This document shows, in pieces, positions 37,434-50,722 of a stretch of 64,000 nt of DNA. Origin of the DNA: Vicugna vicugna. Lineage: Eukaryota. Each line of letters starts with the position of its first letter. Within the stretch, counting starts at the first letter, position 1. The position numbers were made by a program, and so were the translations under genes. Location: contig MU058423.1 of the NCBI GenBank assembly GCA_013265495.1, positions 4,107,061 through 4,171,060 of the forward strand. The letters are read 5' to 3'. Below the pieces are notes generated by a model, which made no database searches, had not been told where the DNA came from, and was given only the letters and a program-made list of their open reading frames with translations.

Positions 37434-40400
37434 GATCAGGGTATCAGCCACAGCAATGTCCTTCTGTATATTGCGGAAAGGAGAATGAAGCCGCCTCAGT
37501 GATTTTCCTTCAGAGAGTGAATTTCCAGGTGCAGAACCATGGGAATTAGAAGCAACTATAAGTACTTGAAGCTGAACTATAAGAGTGTATTATCCTCTTG
37601 GTTGTGGGGGTTGGTTAATACAGAAGACTGGCTGGGATCTAAGACTGACCCTTTAGCGCTGCTCACAATGAAAGAGAGGGGAACCAAAATCACCCTTGCC
37701 ATGTAATCTGCTCTACCTTCTGCTGATAGAAACAGTAAAATCAAAGCTTGAGGAAAACTTCAGAAACTATCTAGACAAGTTCTAGATGAGGAAACGGAAA
37801 ACAGTGAAGGGCAGATCAAGAATGAGAACCCAGGTCTCCCAATTTGCAGACAAATGCTCTTCACCTAGAATAGTCAGGAGAAACACAGCGAATGTGTTGC
37901 ACGATGCGCAGAGCAGTCAGTGCTCCTCAAGACAATACCCATAACTCTTCTTAGATCCTCAAGAGGTTGTCGTCTGTACTGACCAGCTGCTCTGCTTTCC
38001 CACCACAGGAGGCAGAGGTCTTTGCACTAAATATCACATTCTCTCACGTCCCACCACATTCCGGCAGAGCTCCAAATGTAAGTCAGCTCATACATAAAAT
38101 ACCAAAAATATCAAAGGTCTAGGCTGGGAATGGCAAATACGCTATAAATGCGCTCATTTCTTCCTCCTCTATGTACAAATCATAGCTCCTTAATCAGGGC
38201 ATTCTCTTGCACTAACTTCAGAATTCCTCTCCACACAAGGTTTCCTTATGCCTCCAGATAGAGCTGGCGTGAGGGTAAATGCCCATTTACAAAATCCTGG
38301 CATTACCTCCATTTCCTCTCGTATGTCACTGCAGATTAAAAACCCAGCTAGGGATTTCTACCCAACAGGCCCCTTGAAGGTATCACTTCTTTATTTGGTG
38401 CCCTTCTGTGTGCATTTGCCTCAAACTGAAAGCACTGACCTTACTAAGTGTTTGTATTAAGCACGTCCTGATTCTTTCTTCATTGCTATTGACAACTTAA
38501 CAGTGTGCTATCTCAGTAAACAGTGAAGGTTTCATTTTAAAATCCCTTACACAACACTTGATCCAGGATCACATACAAATTGCTATTTGCTGGACACAAT
38601 TCTTTTTATTATGATAAAAATCTGATCCTTCGATTCAGGAAAAGCTAACACTACTTTGGTAATAGCTTAACTATATTCTAAAGGATCGTTTTACTCCTGA
38701 TAGAAGTAAACTCATGGATGTATCCCATATCACACCATACAACCTACAACTCCCTGTCATACCAATATTAGGGATGCTTCCAAATGGAGTGGCCAAGATC
38801 ATCTGTGGCCTTCGATAAATAAGGTTATAATATTAACGTTAGACCCAAACAGAGTTATGTGGCTGAAAGATGAAATGTGGAACCCTGATGGAAATGCTGA
38901 AGTTGGCAAGGTGTTCTAACAGCTCTAATCACAGCTCAGTAAGCAAGCTATCGTAGTAGATAAATAAGCTCCCACCGTTGCTACCAGTTTATAAAAACAC
39001 TCGGAATTTTCACAGTGAAAGAATAGGGGCAAAGCAGCATTTCCTCCTCCCTCTTTCACTTCTTTTTATTTTTCTTCTAGCTTGAATAATGAGAGTCACA
39101 GGGATGAAGTTAAGTCATTCAATCCTTTAACTTTTTTTTTTGTAGGTTTCTTGATTGTCACACCCTCTTCCTCTTTATGGAAAAGCAGACCTAGAGAGGA
39201 AACGCAAAAGTGCAGAGAGGGCGCCAGCCAGGACTCAGTGTTGCAACCTGTTCTATTCTTCTTTTCTTCTGTGACCTGAAGGCTCACTTTTTCCTGTTAC
39301 GGTCATGATGATCCATTACATTCCCAAAGTGAAGTTTTCTTTCCTCTGTTTGGGTCCTGTTCAAAGCCATACATTTAGGTTCACCCTGTCAGTGAGCTGC
39401 TAGGCTTCAGCAATGCTGGGACTGTATTTATAGACTTGTAAGTTTCTCTTTTTGGCTTTGTCTCCTGCGCTTCAAGGAATCGATGCAACGCGTTACCATG
39501 ACAGCCCTCCTTGATGGTTGTATTAATAAAGTGACCTCTACCTTCACACCTGAAACAAACCCAGGATTGCTGAGGGAAAGATGTTCCAAACTGTTCCTGT
39601 CCTTTTCAAAGAAACGTCAAAGAGCGAGCGAATAACCTCCACCAAACAGGCTATTAACAAAGGCATGTGTGCAACATTCAGTTCTGATTTAGGCATTTGA
39701 GAATTTGTGGCAGGAGACGAAGAGCTGTGATGATGACCCATTTATTCAGCCTTGGTGCCTGCTTTCCTAAGCTGTGGGATGTGAGATGTAAAGCTGGGCC
39801 TGTAGGTTTGCTGCTGGGGTATGGAAGAAACTTTGCAGACTCCTGTCTGATGGCCTTTGGGGCAATTCTCGGTACACTGACTGCATTTTTCCTGTCTCTT
39901 CTTACTTATGTTGGCCATGGCTGGGGATATGGTGGAGTGGTGAAAACGCTGACTGAGCTGTAAAACTTGAGTTCTAGTTCTGACGAGCTGTCGATTTGCT
40001 GTAAGGTCTGGAACATACCATGAAACCACTTAGTGACACCCACCCACCCATCCATCCATCCATCATCCCCCGAGGCACTGCTCCAGACAGTGGGAGCCTA
40101 GTGTGAACCAGACGGACAAGTCAGCTGCCTGTGGAGTGTACATTCTAGTGACAGCTCTGAAGTTGGGGGACGAGGCTGACGTAGGCATTGCTGAAGTTTT
40201 CTTGAGCTTTGTGATTGGCATGGATATTTTTCATGCAAAACCTATCATCTTAAAAGGCAAAGAGTGAGGAATTCCTCCTCTTTTTCAGCACATACATGGC
40301 AACAGCTGGACTTCTCCGATATCATGAGTCCTGGCCGATGACTCAGGTGGCTGTTTGGCCTGGCTGGTTTTGCCTATGGGTCTTACTTGGCGCCCCATGA

Positions 40401-43400
40401 AACAAGGATAGTCTTTCTGCTCACTTGGGACTCAAAGCATGAGGTAGTACGAAGAGAATTAGGTGAAGAACTTGTGATTCACGTCTAGTCCCTGCGGTTA
40501 GTGGGGTGGGTGAACCTGGGGAAGCGGTTTAACCTCTGCGGCTCTCTTTCCTCACTTCTAAAGCAAGGATAGTAACACTTGTCCTATTCACCGACCTCAC
40601 AGTCGTCGGGAGCCTCCAGACCAATTATGTGCAGCTGCTTTAAAAAATATAAAACACAACCCAAGTATACTTGGTTAACGTGCAATGCCTTCTCACTGTC
40701 CCCCAGTTCTAGAAGCTCAAGGTGGGAGAGTGAGGTGCTTACTTCTATCTCTGCCGGAATAATGAACTCATCACGATCTATCCAGCTCAAGGTACTTGAA
40801 GTAAAAAAGGAAGCAATGTCCTCTCTCAAAGACAGCATCTGTCCATGTCCTCTGCGGGCATGAGTCTTGGGACAGCGTGGGGTCAGACATGCAGTTATTG
40901 ACTGTTTGAATTCAGCTGCTGTGTACTTGCAAGGTCAGCCTGGACTGGCAGTGCCTGTTTTCTTAAAGGTGACTGAGATGCTCTCATTCAGTGCGCATCC
41001 TCCTGTGCCAATCACAGTACATAAGGTGTATTTTCAGAGTGGCAGGGGGGACACTGCCCCTTGGACAACCTTTAGCCTCTGCAGTGACAAGGCAGGGGAC
41101 ATGGTATCCAGACTGAAACCTGGGGGCCATCAAGGGGTTGCTCTCAACCCACACTCCCATCTGTGTCTGGATCCACCTGGGGACAGGGATGCCGGTGGCG
41201 TGATCCCCGTGTGACAGCAACCAGCCTACTTTGTTTCAGCGTAACGAGGCCAAGGAGCAGTGCCAACGGGGCTGTAAGGAACCCCGTGGAGCGGTCACGG
41301 GTGGTCAGACGTGTCTGGGTAACCAAGCACGGCAGGTTCTGACGTTAGAGAGCAGCCGTTCTATTCCTACTCATCCCACATCAAAGCACCGATTATGGCA
41401 GTGACACCTGCTCTTGTCCAATCACAGCAAACACTACACAACATCCTAAGAAAGGCATGTTCATTTGAAGGAGCCCCTGCCTGCCGTGTGCAGTCCCCTA
41501 GCCAGCACGAGTGAGTTAACAGGTGACTGCAATGCAGGGGCTAGAAGCACTGCCCAAACGCCCCCAAAGTTGTTAGCTGTTGCAACCTTAAAAAAACAAC
41601 AACAAAAAAAACCTTTGCTGATGTTGAGAAATAATTAATTCACTGAGAATCCCACAAGCCAAAGGCTGAGCACCTTTCCGAAAGCGATCATTAATGATGT
41701 ATTGAAATCCTATTTAGGTCAACACCTTCAGACACAGACGCAGGCAAGGTGCTCATAAAAATGGTGCTGAGAAATCACAGAGTTTCTCATCTAGGATCAG
41801 AAGGTGCACTTGTCTAGTTTAATAAAAAGGTGCAAACTCTACTCTTTTGCCCAAGGTGAAAGATAGCGTTCATTGGGAGGCAGAGTCACACACGATGGCA
41901 GCATACATCAGGGCGTAAACCAGGGTTTCAAAGTCCATGCCGCTATGTCAGAAGCAGCAGCAGTACAGTGTGAACCCCGTAAGGACAGACATGTATCTCT
42001 CCATATGCCTCAGGTAACGTGAACCTTGGAGAAGGCACCGCAACAGACTGTATCACAATGTGACCACTACTTATCTTTGGCTGGTAGAACTGCAAGTGAT
42101 TTTAGTAACTTTAATTTTCATCTTTATACTTTCTACTCTTTCCAAATTGCCTGGAATAAATACATAGTGCCCTGAAAATATTAAAAATGTTAATAAAATG
42201 AATTGTTACTTGAGAAAATAAAAGTATCTTTTATTGAGATGATAAAGATAAGTTCAATAAATGAATCACCTGACCACATTATGTCATATTTTAGTATCTG
42301 TTATTAATATATATTTCTAGTCAAACTACCAATTATCTTACATGTCTACAAAAATTATCTCAGAAAAAGCATGAGATCCTACACGATCCTATAATCGTAA
42401 GAGAGACTTAGACACAAAGATTCGTTGTCTTGCAGAAGACTGCACAGCTTCAGGTGCAGGATGGAACCAGCAGAGTCTCCTGAGCTAAGGGGATCTGAGC
42501 CCAAGGGCCATCTCCTTGTTAACTAGTGCAGACTGATGCAAAAATGAGCAGACATTGTTTACGTTTGAAGATCAAGCCACAGTGATGACTGTAATTGAAT
42601 TCCCCACCCCCTCTCTGGTATAGGGGCTCATAGTCAAATTGAACCTACAGAAAACATATTTCATGCTTCTTGAGTTTGTGGGAGACCCAGACCTGCTACA
42701 CTTGTACATGTCTGCACCACGACTGTAACCTGTGCGTTGTGGTGTATCATGAATATTTAGCCCTGTCCCTGGCACCAAATAGATGCCCAATAAATATTTA
42801 TGAAACAAGTAAATACAATGTGTCTTTTGTCCTCTGTCTCTTTCTGAATGGTGGATATATGCCCATTATTAGTAATCAGATGCCAGTACAGATGGATGTA
42901 CAGCTCACAGGTTGGAAAGCGGGCAGTGGAAGCGCATTTCCCTTCGTGGTCTCATTTTAGTTTCTGTGGAGTAGGAGGTAAGGCTGTCTGCTGAGCATGA
43001 GGAGGCAGAGTGACGCTGGGGTCTTGAAGGGAAGGGTGAAATACTTGGCAGGGAGTGGGAAGACGCTGACTAGGAACACATAGGAAAAATGCTGGTCAGC
43101 TTTGACGTTCCAGCTCAGCTTGTCTGTCACGATGTGTCAGGTCAGGGCTTCCCATAGACGATTTCATAATGCAGAACGTCAGCTAGAAGAGGGTGGTGAT
43201 TTATTTTGGGTTTCTTCCCTCAATGATAAAATATATGCCTTGGGAAGGGACGGAGGGAGGGGAAGAAGCAGGGGCAGGCAGGTGAGCTGACAGATCAGAA
43301 GCATCCCTTCATTTTTCATTAGGCAAAATGTATTACCTCTTATTATAATCTTGGCACTGTGGGTAATATGAAGGTAAAAAAAAAAAAACGGCCCTGAAGG

Positions 43401-44504
43401 AACTTAGTGACATGTCTTTTTTTTTTGAAATTGGAAGCTGACTAGTAGAATTTGGAACACCAGCTAAAGGAAAATTCAGATGGAGCTATTCTATGTGGAA
43501 CTAGGACAGAGGTGAGAGACAATCATGGTCCCATAGAAGAATGCAAGTACAAGGAGCCGGTGCTCCTCGAGAACTGTAGAAGACAAGCCGTACGGTGGCA
43601 TTCAGGGCCAGAGACAAGTCTGTAAAACATCTCGCATTCTGAGTAGGAGGTACAGCAATACCACAGGTCTTTGATATTCGGCATTAAGAAATCCCAGTAT
43701 CTGCGGCTGCAAGGAGATAATTGTGTCATTAATTCACATGCGTGGTTCTTTTTTTTTTTTTTGAGACAGAATTTCAATGCCTTTGAGCACTTTGTAAAGC
43801 TAAAATATAATTTGAGGTTCCTGTTTGTCAAGCTATAGCCAAATGTCTCCTTAGAGACTTAATTTTTCCTATATATACTTGGCAGGAGTGTTCTAAATAT
43901 GGTCTAAGCCCTCCTAGGATTTTTAAAGAGCAGGGATATTTAAGTATAAAAAATAGCTACTGAAATCACACAGCAGTAACTTTTTTCAATAATTTTTTTT
44001 CTGGGAATCACTGTAATTCACTCTTGTCTTCTGTGGCCTTGCTGTCACCATAACCATCCCCTGACAATGTCAAACCAAGTCTTGGGAGGTGATTTTATAA
44101 TGTCAGGATGAAACAAAGCCATTTCCCTGTTAATGCCAATGTCAAGGCAAAATAAATTGGTGTCAATAAATTCAAGGTGAGGAAAACAACATTATGGAAT
44201 CAAGAGAATGTGCGAAATGATGACATGAGTCATTTAGGGTTGCTGGGATCTGAGTAAAAATGACTGCTAATTTTCAAAAGTGCATTTGCTACTGCACTGG
44301 GGACCAGACATTTAAGTGATCTAAAACACATTAGTGAGGTTAGGAAAGGACAAAGGGGTTACAACTACAGACAGTCCATAAGCGTATCTTTTCAATAAAG
44401 TCACAATCCACCTGTGCAACTCACATTGTCTTTTCCCATTGATACATTCCTGAGACACTCAAAACTTGAACTGCAAAGTTTAGTACTTAATCATTTACTG
44501 TGGC

Positions 44505-44680
44505 GTTGTCCGGAATACTGGGTTCGAATACTGACATCACCCCTTTCCAATCTGAATTTCTGAGCCTCTGTTTCTTCATCTGTAACAGAGGCCATTTTAT
44601 AAGACTGTTGTGAGCATGAGACATCACTTGACTCGATGATTATTATTAAGTGCCTTTTAGGTGCCAGGCATAGCTCACAG
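44505..44680 (+). mobile_element. MIR SINE
   Basis: ctgggttcgaatactgac...tctgagcctctgtttcttcatctgtaa (MIR core). Confidence 0.65.
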
Positions 44681-46028
44681 TCCTGCAATAAGAAGACAGG
44701 TTGGAAGAGCTACAGAAACTGGGTTTATTTTTATAGTTTCATGTATTTACGTCTCATCAGATTATGTGACTTCACATAGTGGATGCTCTTGCGTCTCCTT
44801 GTTCACTTCCATCAGTAATAATTTCCAGCTTCTTTGGCGCTCAAATACTTACTGGTTTGAAAAATACCATCTTCCACTTCCACAGATCCTTACATGAAAG
44901 AACAACTGCTATTTATTCACTTTTCTTTAATGAAAAGGAAAACAGACAAAAGCCCTTATTAAAGAAAATGTTTAGGTAAAAGACTGGGGTGCTGGACTAG
45001 CTATGCAACACAACTTTCACTAAAATTAAACTTCAAACATGAGGCGGAAGGAAGAGGTACTCAGAGTCTTTTCTCAACATCCAAAGGAACCCTTTCATAA
45101 TTGGTTAAGGAAAAGGTGTAGGAATGAGAATAAATCCACATAGCAGATGACCTGAGAAGGAGGAAATGAAGTCACTGCAAGTATAGAGAAGGGTGCTTTA
45201 CGGCTTTCCCTAACAAGAGCCAGGCTGTTGTGTCTCAGGAGAGAGGAGAGCTAGTTAGGCCAAAATCAAGAGGGTAGCGAGCAACGTGTGGAAGCTGTGC
45301 ATTCTAGGGTTTTCAGATCCAGCAGAAGAAAGAAAAAAAAATTGTAAATTGGTTTGGATACAATGGGGAGGCTGTGAATATTATTTAAAACATAGTGAAA
45401 AGATGTTAGCACTTCTCTTTGAAGCAGACTCAGGCACACCAAGGTCAGATAAAGCAGGGATGAAGAAGATGGGTGGGCTGGTTAAAGAGAAATCATACAA
45501 CATGCTTTGAAGATCTTGTTCCAACACATTTCACTCTCTTTGACATCTCTTACTCTTATCTTTGAACACACGTACTTTTTATACTAATAATGAGTTGTTA
45601 CAGAGTATCAGCTCCGTGACGATAAGGACTTCGACGGTTTTGTCCCTGGCTGTATGTGCGACGCCTAGAACAGCGCCTGGTACCAGATCATAAGCGATGA
45701 GTATCTGAGTAGTTTTCAGTGAATAAATGGATGAATTTTAAAGAAAAATATCACATATTTCATATGCCTTGCTTAATTTCTTCTAGTATTCTTTCCCATG
45801 GTGTTTATGCTCTATCCCCTAAATCAAATTGCACAGAAGTGCCATAGGCAGATTGAGTTTCCTAACAAGTGTTCTCACGATCCCTCTCACTCACAACCTT
45901 CAGGGGCTCCCCGCTGCTAAGTGGCTAATCCTGTAGTCAGGATCTCCTACAGTGTGGTCAGAATCTCCCGTGTCTGCTTTCACTCTCAGCATGAGCTTGC
46001 TGCTCCTGGCTGATCTGCTGGCTATCTG

Positions 46029-46030
<2 letters not shown>

Positions 46031-46070
<40 letters not shown>
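46031..46070 (+). repeat. (CA)20 microsatellite
   Basis: Perfect CA run read directly. Confidence 0.98.
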
Positions 46071-46074
<4 letters not shown>

Positions 46075-49000
46075 AAATTAAGTTAAATTACAAGTAAGAG
46101 GCTAGGCACTTTTACATGTCATCTTGCTGACTATTTCCACTAACCTTGCAGGGTAAGTACTTATTATTGTCATTACTGTCTCCACTTCACAGGAAGCTTG
46201 TGGATCTCACCCAAGCCCCGCCAGCGACCGAGCAGGAGAGGCAGGACGAGACCTTAGACTTCTCTGACGCCGTCAGCCCGTGGTGTCCGCCTGTCCTGTG
46301 GCTGCTGTATGCTGGCCCCTGGGTCGGTGCCTCTGCTGCTGGTGTGCCCGTCCCTAAACTCCCTACCCATCTTTGAATGTCCAGCTCGTGGACAACCCCC
46401 ACCATGGTTTCTCTGACTGCTCCAGCCTTCAGACACAATTCCTGCCTTTCAAGCCTCACAGCAGACGATCTATCTAGATCCGGACACAGACATGAGAGCA
46501 AAAGTAATTCAGATGGCCTGGATTTCAATACTGGTTCCACCAAATACTAGTTGGTTGATCCTATGCAAATCATTCAAATTATCTTTGATTCATTTATGAA
46601 ATGGAGACAATTTAACACCTGGTGTTTACATCATAGGACCGTTACACAGATTCAATGAATTAATACATATAAGGCAGCTGCAACAATGCCTGACATAGAA
46701 TTCCTCAGTAAATGTTGTTCTATTTGACTCTTCAAAACCTACAACAAACACTCCTTTTGCATGTTGATTTCTTGTTTCCTCAACTAAAACATAAGCAATG
46801 TGAGGGCAGGGCGCTTGTTACCTTGCGCTTCTTTTCACTGTTCGCACTGAGCAGCGTGGTGCTCTGTGCAGAGCAGGTGGCCGTCTATAAATATTATTTC
46901 CTGAGGGTAGTAAACATCATTTATCTTTGTGCACTCAGACATCTTTTACCTTATATTGTAAGCATCTATGCTATTTTTTGGTGTATGACGGGAAATTTTC
47001 CATGATATTTCTTCCAGTCATTTCTGTAATCCTAAAATCTTGTGAGAGTTAAATCATCCTAAGACTAGAACTGAAGTGAATCTGGCATTCATTACTAATG
47101 CCAAGTAGTGATTTCAGAAAAGTACCTTAATTTGGCTTTCAATGCCTGCTTCTTCTGTCACACAGAGAAGGAGAGCGACAGGGAAAGGGGAGTTAGGGAG
47201 TCGGAGTGTTTTGGAGAGAAACGCCCATGGAAACCTGTCTGGAGACGTGGGGCCCGCGCTCCTGGGTCTGCCTCCAGCTCTGTTTGTTTTGGGGGCATGG
47301 AGCACACTGTAAGTTTAAAACCTTCAAGATCTGAAACTGAAACTGTTTCTTGGGTTTGGCTTCTATCAAGGCTCTTCCACTCCAAGGATCAGAGAGATGA
47401 GTGAGTCTCACGTACTCCCCATGAAAGAGCACAGAGAGTGAGCTGGCTTTTGCACTCCACGAATTCCCTTTCAGACTTGTCCTGAAGCCAAAGCTAAGAC
47501 TCTGACTCAAACAAACACGTTTCTCGTCACTGGCTATGCTGCTCGGTGAGCCATGCGATCCCCCATGGCTCCTCTTGCCTGGTTTTATCTTCCAGGGTTC
47601 TGTTTTGTTCCATGTAGCTGTCCCATGTGGTTAATCTAAAGGTCTACGTTCTCATTCGTCCCTTCCCCCCGGATCCCTGCTACCTCTCACTGCTGCCTTG
47701 TTAGACCTTCTATCTGTGTCCAGTCACTCACTGCCATGTGGTGCTTGCTTTTTACACCAGGTGCCCCTAACTAGTCAGATCTTTTCAATGTCACTCCAGC
47801 CTGTTAGGATCTGTTTCAGATGGGTCTCCAACTTGTTCAATCAGGCAATTCCTTTGTGTCAATGATGTTGCTGGTTATAAATATTTATGTCTCTTAAATC
47901 AATCTACAATGCTTAACTCTAAAGGCTACCCTCTGGCTAGCCTGAATCAGGGCAGTTGATTCACACATTGCAAAGAAAGAAAAGATTCACAGAGGTAGGG
48001 GTGGGCAGTGAAGTTCTCAGAGTGTGTAAAGATGCTGCCCCTGCTTATGTTAACAGAGGGAAAAGAAACATAACGCAAAGGATATTAAGTTGAAGGTAAG
48101 TCTGTTTCTTCAAACTTGACTATTGAAGCCATTACCTTGTTGCCACTAATTGCTTTCATTTTTCCAAAATAACGATTAGAAGTCTCTTTTTTTGAAGTCT
48201 AGGAAGGAAGTATATAATTTCAAAATAACTGCAAATCTCCCAAATCCATCGAAATAGAAATGTATCTAAAAATGAATACATTGCATTTTTTCCTATTTTG
48301 TGGGCATTTGGCAATTTAGAGTTACTGATGATGTGAAGAATGAATAAGTGACTTAATGAACACATGGAAGTGACTCCTAAGGACATACTCTGGACCCTTG
48401 GATAGACCAGGTAGCAAACTGCTTGAAAAAAATCTTACAAAACACAGGTACAATTTAGTTCTTGACAATTTTCTGATGAGAACTCCTAGACTTTCTTTTG
48501 ATAGAATGCTCAAGTACCTAAAATTTTTTAAAGTTAGTACTATGGATTATTCATTTGCTATTTTAAATTAATCAATTTTATCTTCTGGGAACAAGTGTGA
48601 AAAACAAAGGAACAAAGGGACCACGAACTGAAATTGTGAATTACTTTCCCCAGCATTATATAACTAATGAGATGAAAGTCTGTCACAAAAATTCAGTCAG
48701 GAAAGAAGGATGATGCCAAAGTTTCTAAGTAAATGAACTAATGTGACCAAGTTGTAAATGACATGAGATAGATCTGTTTTCCAACGCTAGCATCGACAGA
48801 CCCTTAACTCTATTGCCAAGAGCAACACCGTGAGAACAATGGGAAAAGACTGAATGACCACATGAAAAAGTAAAGGATTTGCAGTGATTTCTCACCTTCA
48901 GCAGTTTATTGCATAAGAAGCACGCAGTGAATTCGTGTTGATGATGGGTACTTGCCTAATGACATCAAAATGCATGAGCAATACATGCTCACTAAGCTAG

Positions 49001-49589
49001 GAATCCAGCTCGGAACACTCGCCTGGAAGCCAGTCAAGGTACAGATGGAGCCTGGGCTGGCACAGGAAAGGGAGGGAGAGCCTCGTTTCCTGGCTTGACT
49101 GATGATGGAGCTGAGACAACCTGACCTGCTCTGCTGTAGCTGGTCTCTCACCAACCCTTTGTGAGAAATGACAAAGGCTGTGAAGTCACGCAGAGCTGGG
49201 TCAGATCTTGGCTCCTCGTGTCACTAGCTGTGGGTGCTGGCAGGGCAGGGCACCTCCCTGAACCTCAGCTTCCACATCTGTGAAACAGGCACCGCATGCT
49301 TCTGAGGATGAAAATAGATGCTGCACGTAAAACGCTTACTAATAAATGGTGGCTGCTTTGATTATAGAGAAATCTAAATGAGATATGATTATCTATGAAT
49401 CATCTGGCAAGTAACAAGAGCTTCTTAAATGTTAATTCCTCTTCTTCTAAGAGATTAAAAAAAAAACTCTCTGCTTCATCTTTCTTCCTGTTTGGTAACT
49501 AAAGGGAAAAGTGCATGTTGATAGGTCAGTATATGTGCAACTTTTTTGGGGGAGGGGCTTCAGTCAAATCAAAATAGTAATAACAAAAG

Positions 49590-49820
49590 CTAACATTTAC
49601 TCACTGAGCACTTAGTTTGTACCAGGCATTATTCTAAGTACTTTCTGTGCATTGATTTATTTAACCCCTTTAACAATCTTACAAGGTAGGTACTCTCATT
49701 TCAATAATTTTACAGATAAACCAAGACTCAGGGAAGGTAAGCAACCTGTCTAAAGTCACACAGGTAGTGGGTGGTGAAGCCTGGGATCCCACCTAGCCCT
49801 GAGGACTTAATCCCTTTGCT
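49590..49820 (-). mobile_element. MIR SINE
   Basis: gctaacatttactcactgagcactta..tgtaccaggca...ttttacagata...aaggtaagcaacctgtctaaagtcacacag. Confidence 0.75.
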
Positions 49821-50049
49821 ATTCTGTCTGAATGCTGTGCTCTGCACACATACACTAAAATGCTGTGACAACTACTACTTTTGCTCCTCTGTTTCCTTCT
49901 CTGCCAAACAGAATTCAGTACTAGTCAATTATAAGGCATCCATGTGGTGACAGCAACAGAAAACAGAAAAAGCACACCTCTGTTGCAGACACTTCAAAAT
50001 TTAGATTTAATTCTGAGTTTCTCAGCAAAGGCAGGCACAGACTACAGCA

Positions 50050-50722
50050 AGTCCTTAATCCATCCATTTCTTTACCTGCTTTGCCCCAACCCAGTCCAAG
50101 CCACTAACGCCTCTCACCTGGTCAACTGCAGTCTTGTTAGTTTCAATCTTGCCCGCCCTACAATCCACTAGTCCACACAGCAGCCAGAATTATTCTTCTT
50201 TAATTTTAGCCCCCACACCATGCTACTCTCCTGCTTAACGTCTACTGCACTGGAATAAAACCCACAGCTCTTGTCCAGGCCATCAGGGACCTGTGAGCTG
50301 GTGCCTCTCTCTCGCCTTCTGCCTCACCTCAGACCACCCCCTGCCGCTCTCCGCGTCCCAGCCACACTTGCCTCTTTCCATTCTCTGAACTGGCTAAGCT
50401 CCTTCCCACCTTGCGGCTTTTTCAGTTCGTGCTTCCTCTGCCTAGAATGCTCCTCCTCCAGAACTTTCCGTGGAGGGCCTTTCCTTGACACATGGGTCTC
50501 CATCAAAGTGCTACCTTCTCAGAAGGGCGACAGCTGAATTCAGTCTCCAGTGTCCGCCCGCCTACTGTTTATTCCTCTACTTGCTCCCATCTGCCTCCCA
50601 CCAGCACTTGAGCTCTTGAGAGCAGGGTCTCCGTCTGTCTTCTTACCACCATATTCTCCGTACCCAGAACAGCACCTGGTACAGAACTCATGCTCAATAC
50701 ACGTTTATGAAATAAACTGAAG
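50050..50722 (+). mobile_element. L2 3' end
   Basis: ccacacagcagccaga, cttcctctgcctagaatgctc, gagagcagggtctccgtctgtctt and the tail tgctcaatacacgtttatgaaataaactgaa. Confidence 0.8.

Noticed and set aside
44345..44375. Minus-strand CSCNPF, similar to the NTNG1 penultimate exon start (CYCNPL)
   Set aside because: The similarity does not extend and there is no laminin-EGF cysteine pattern.
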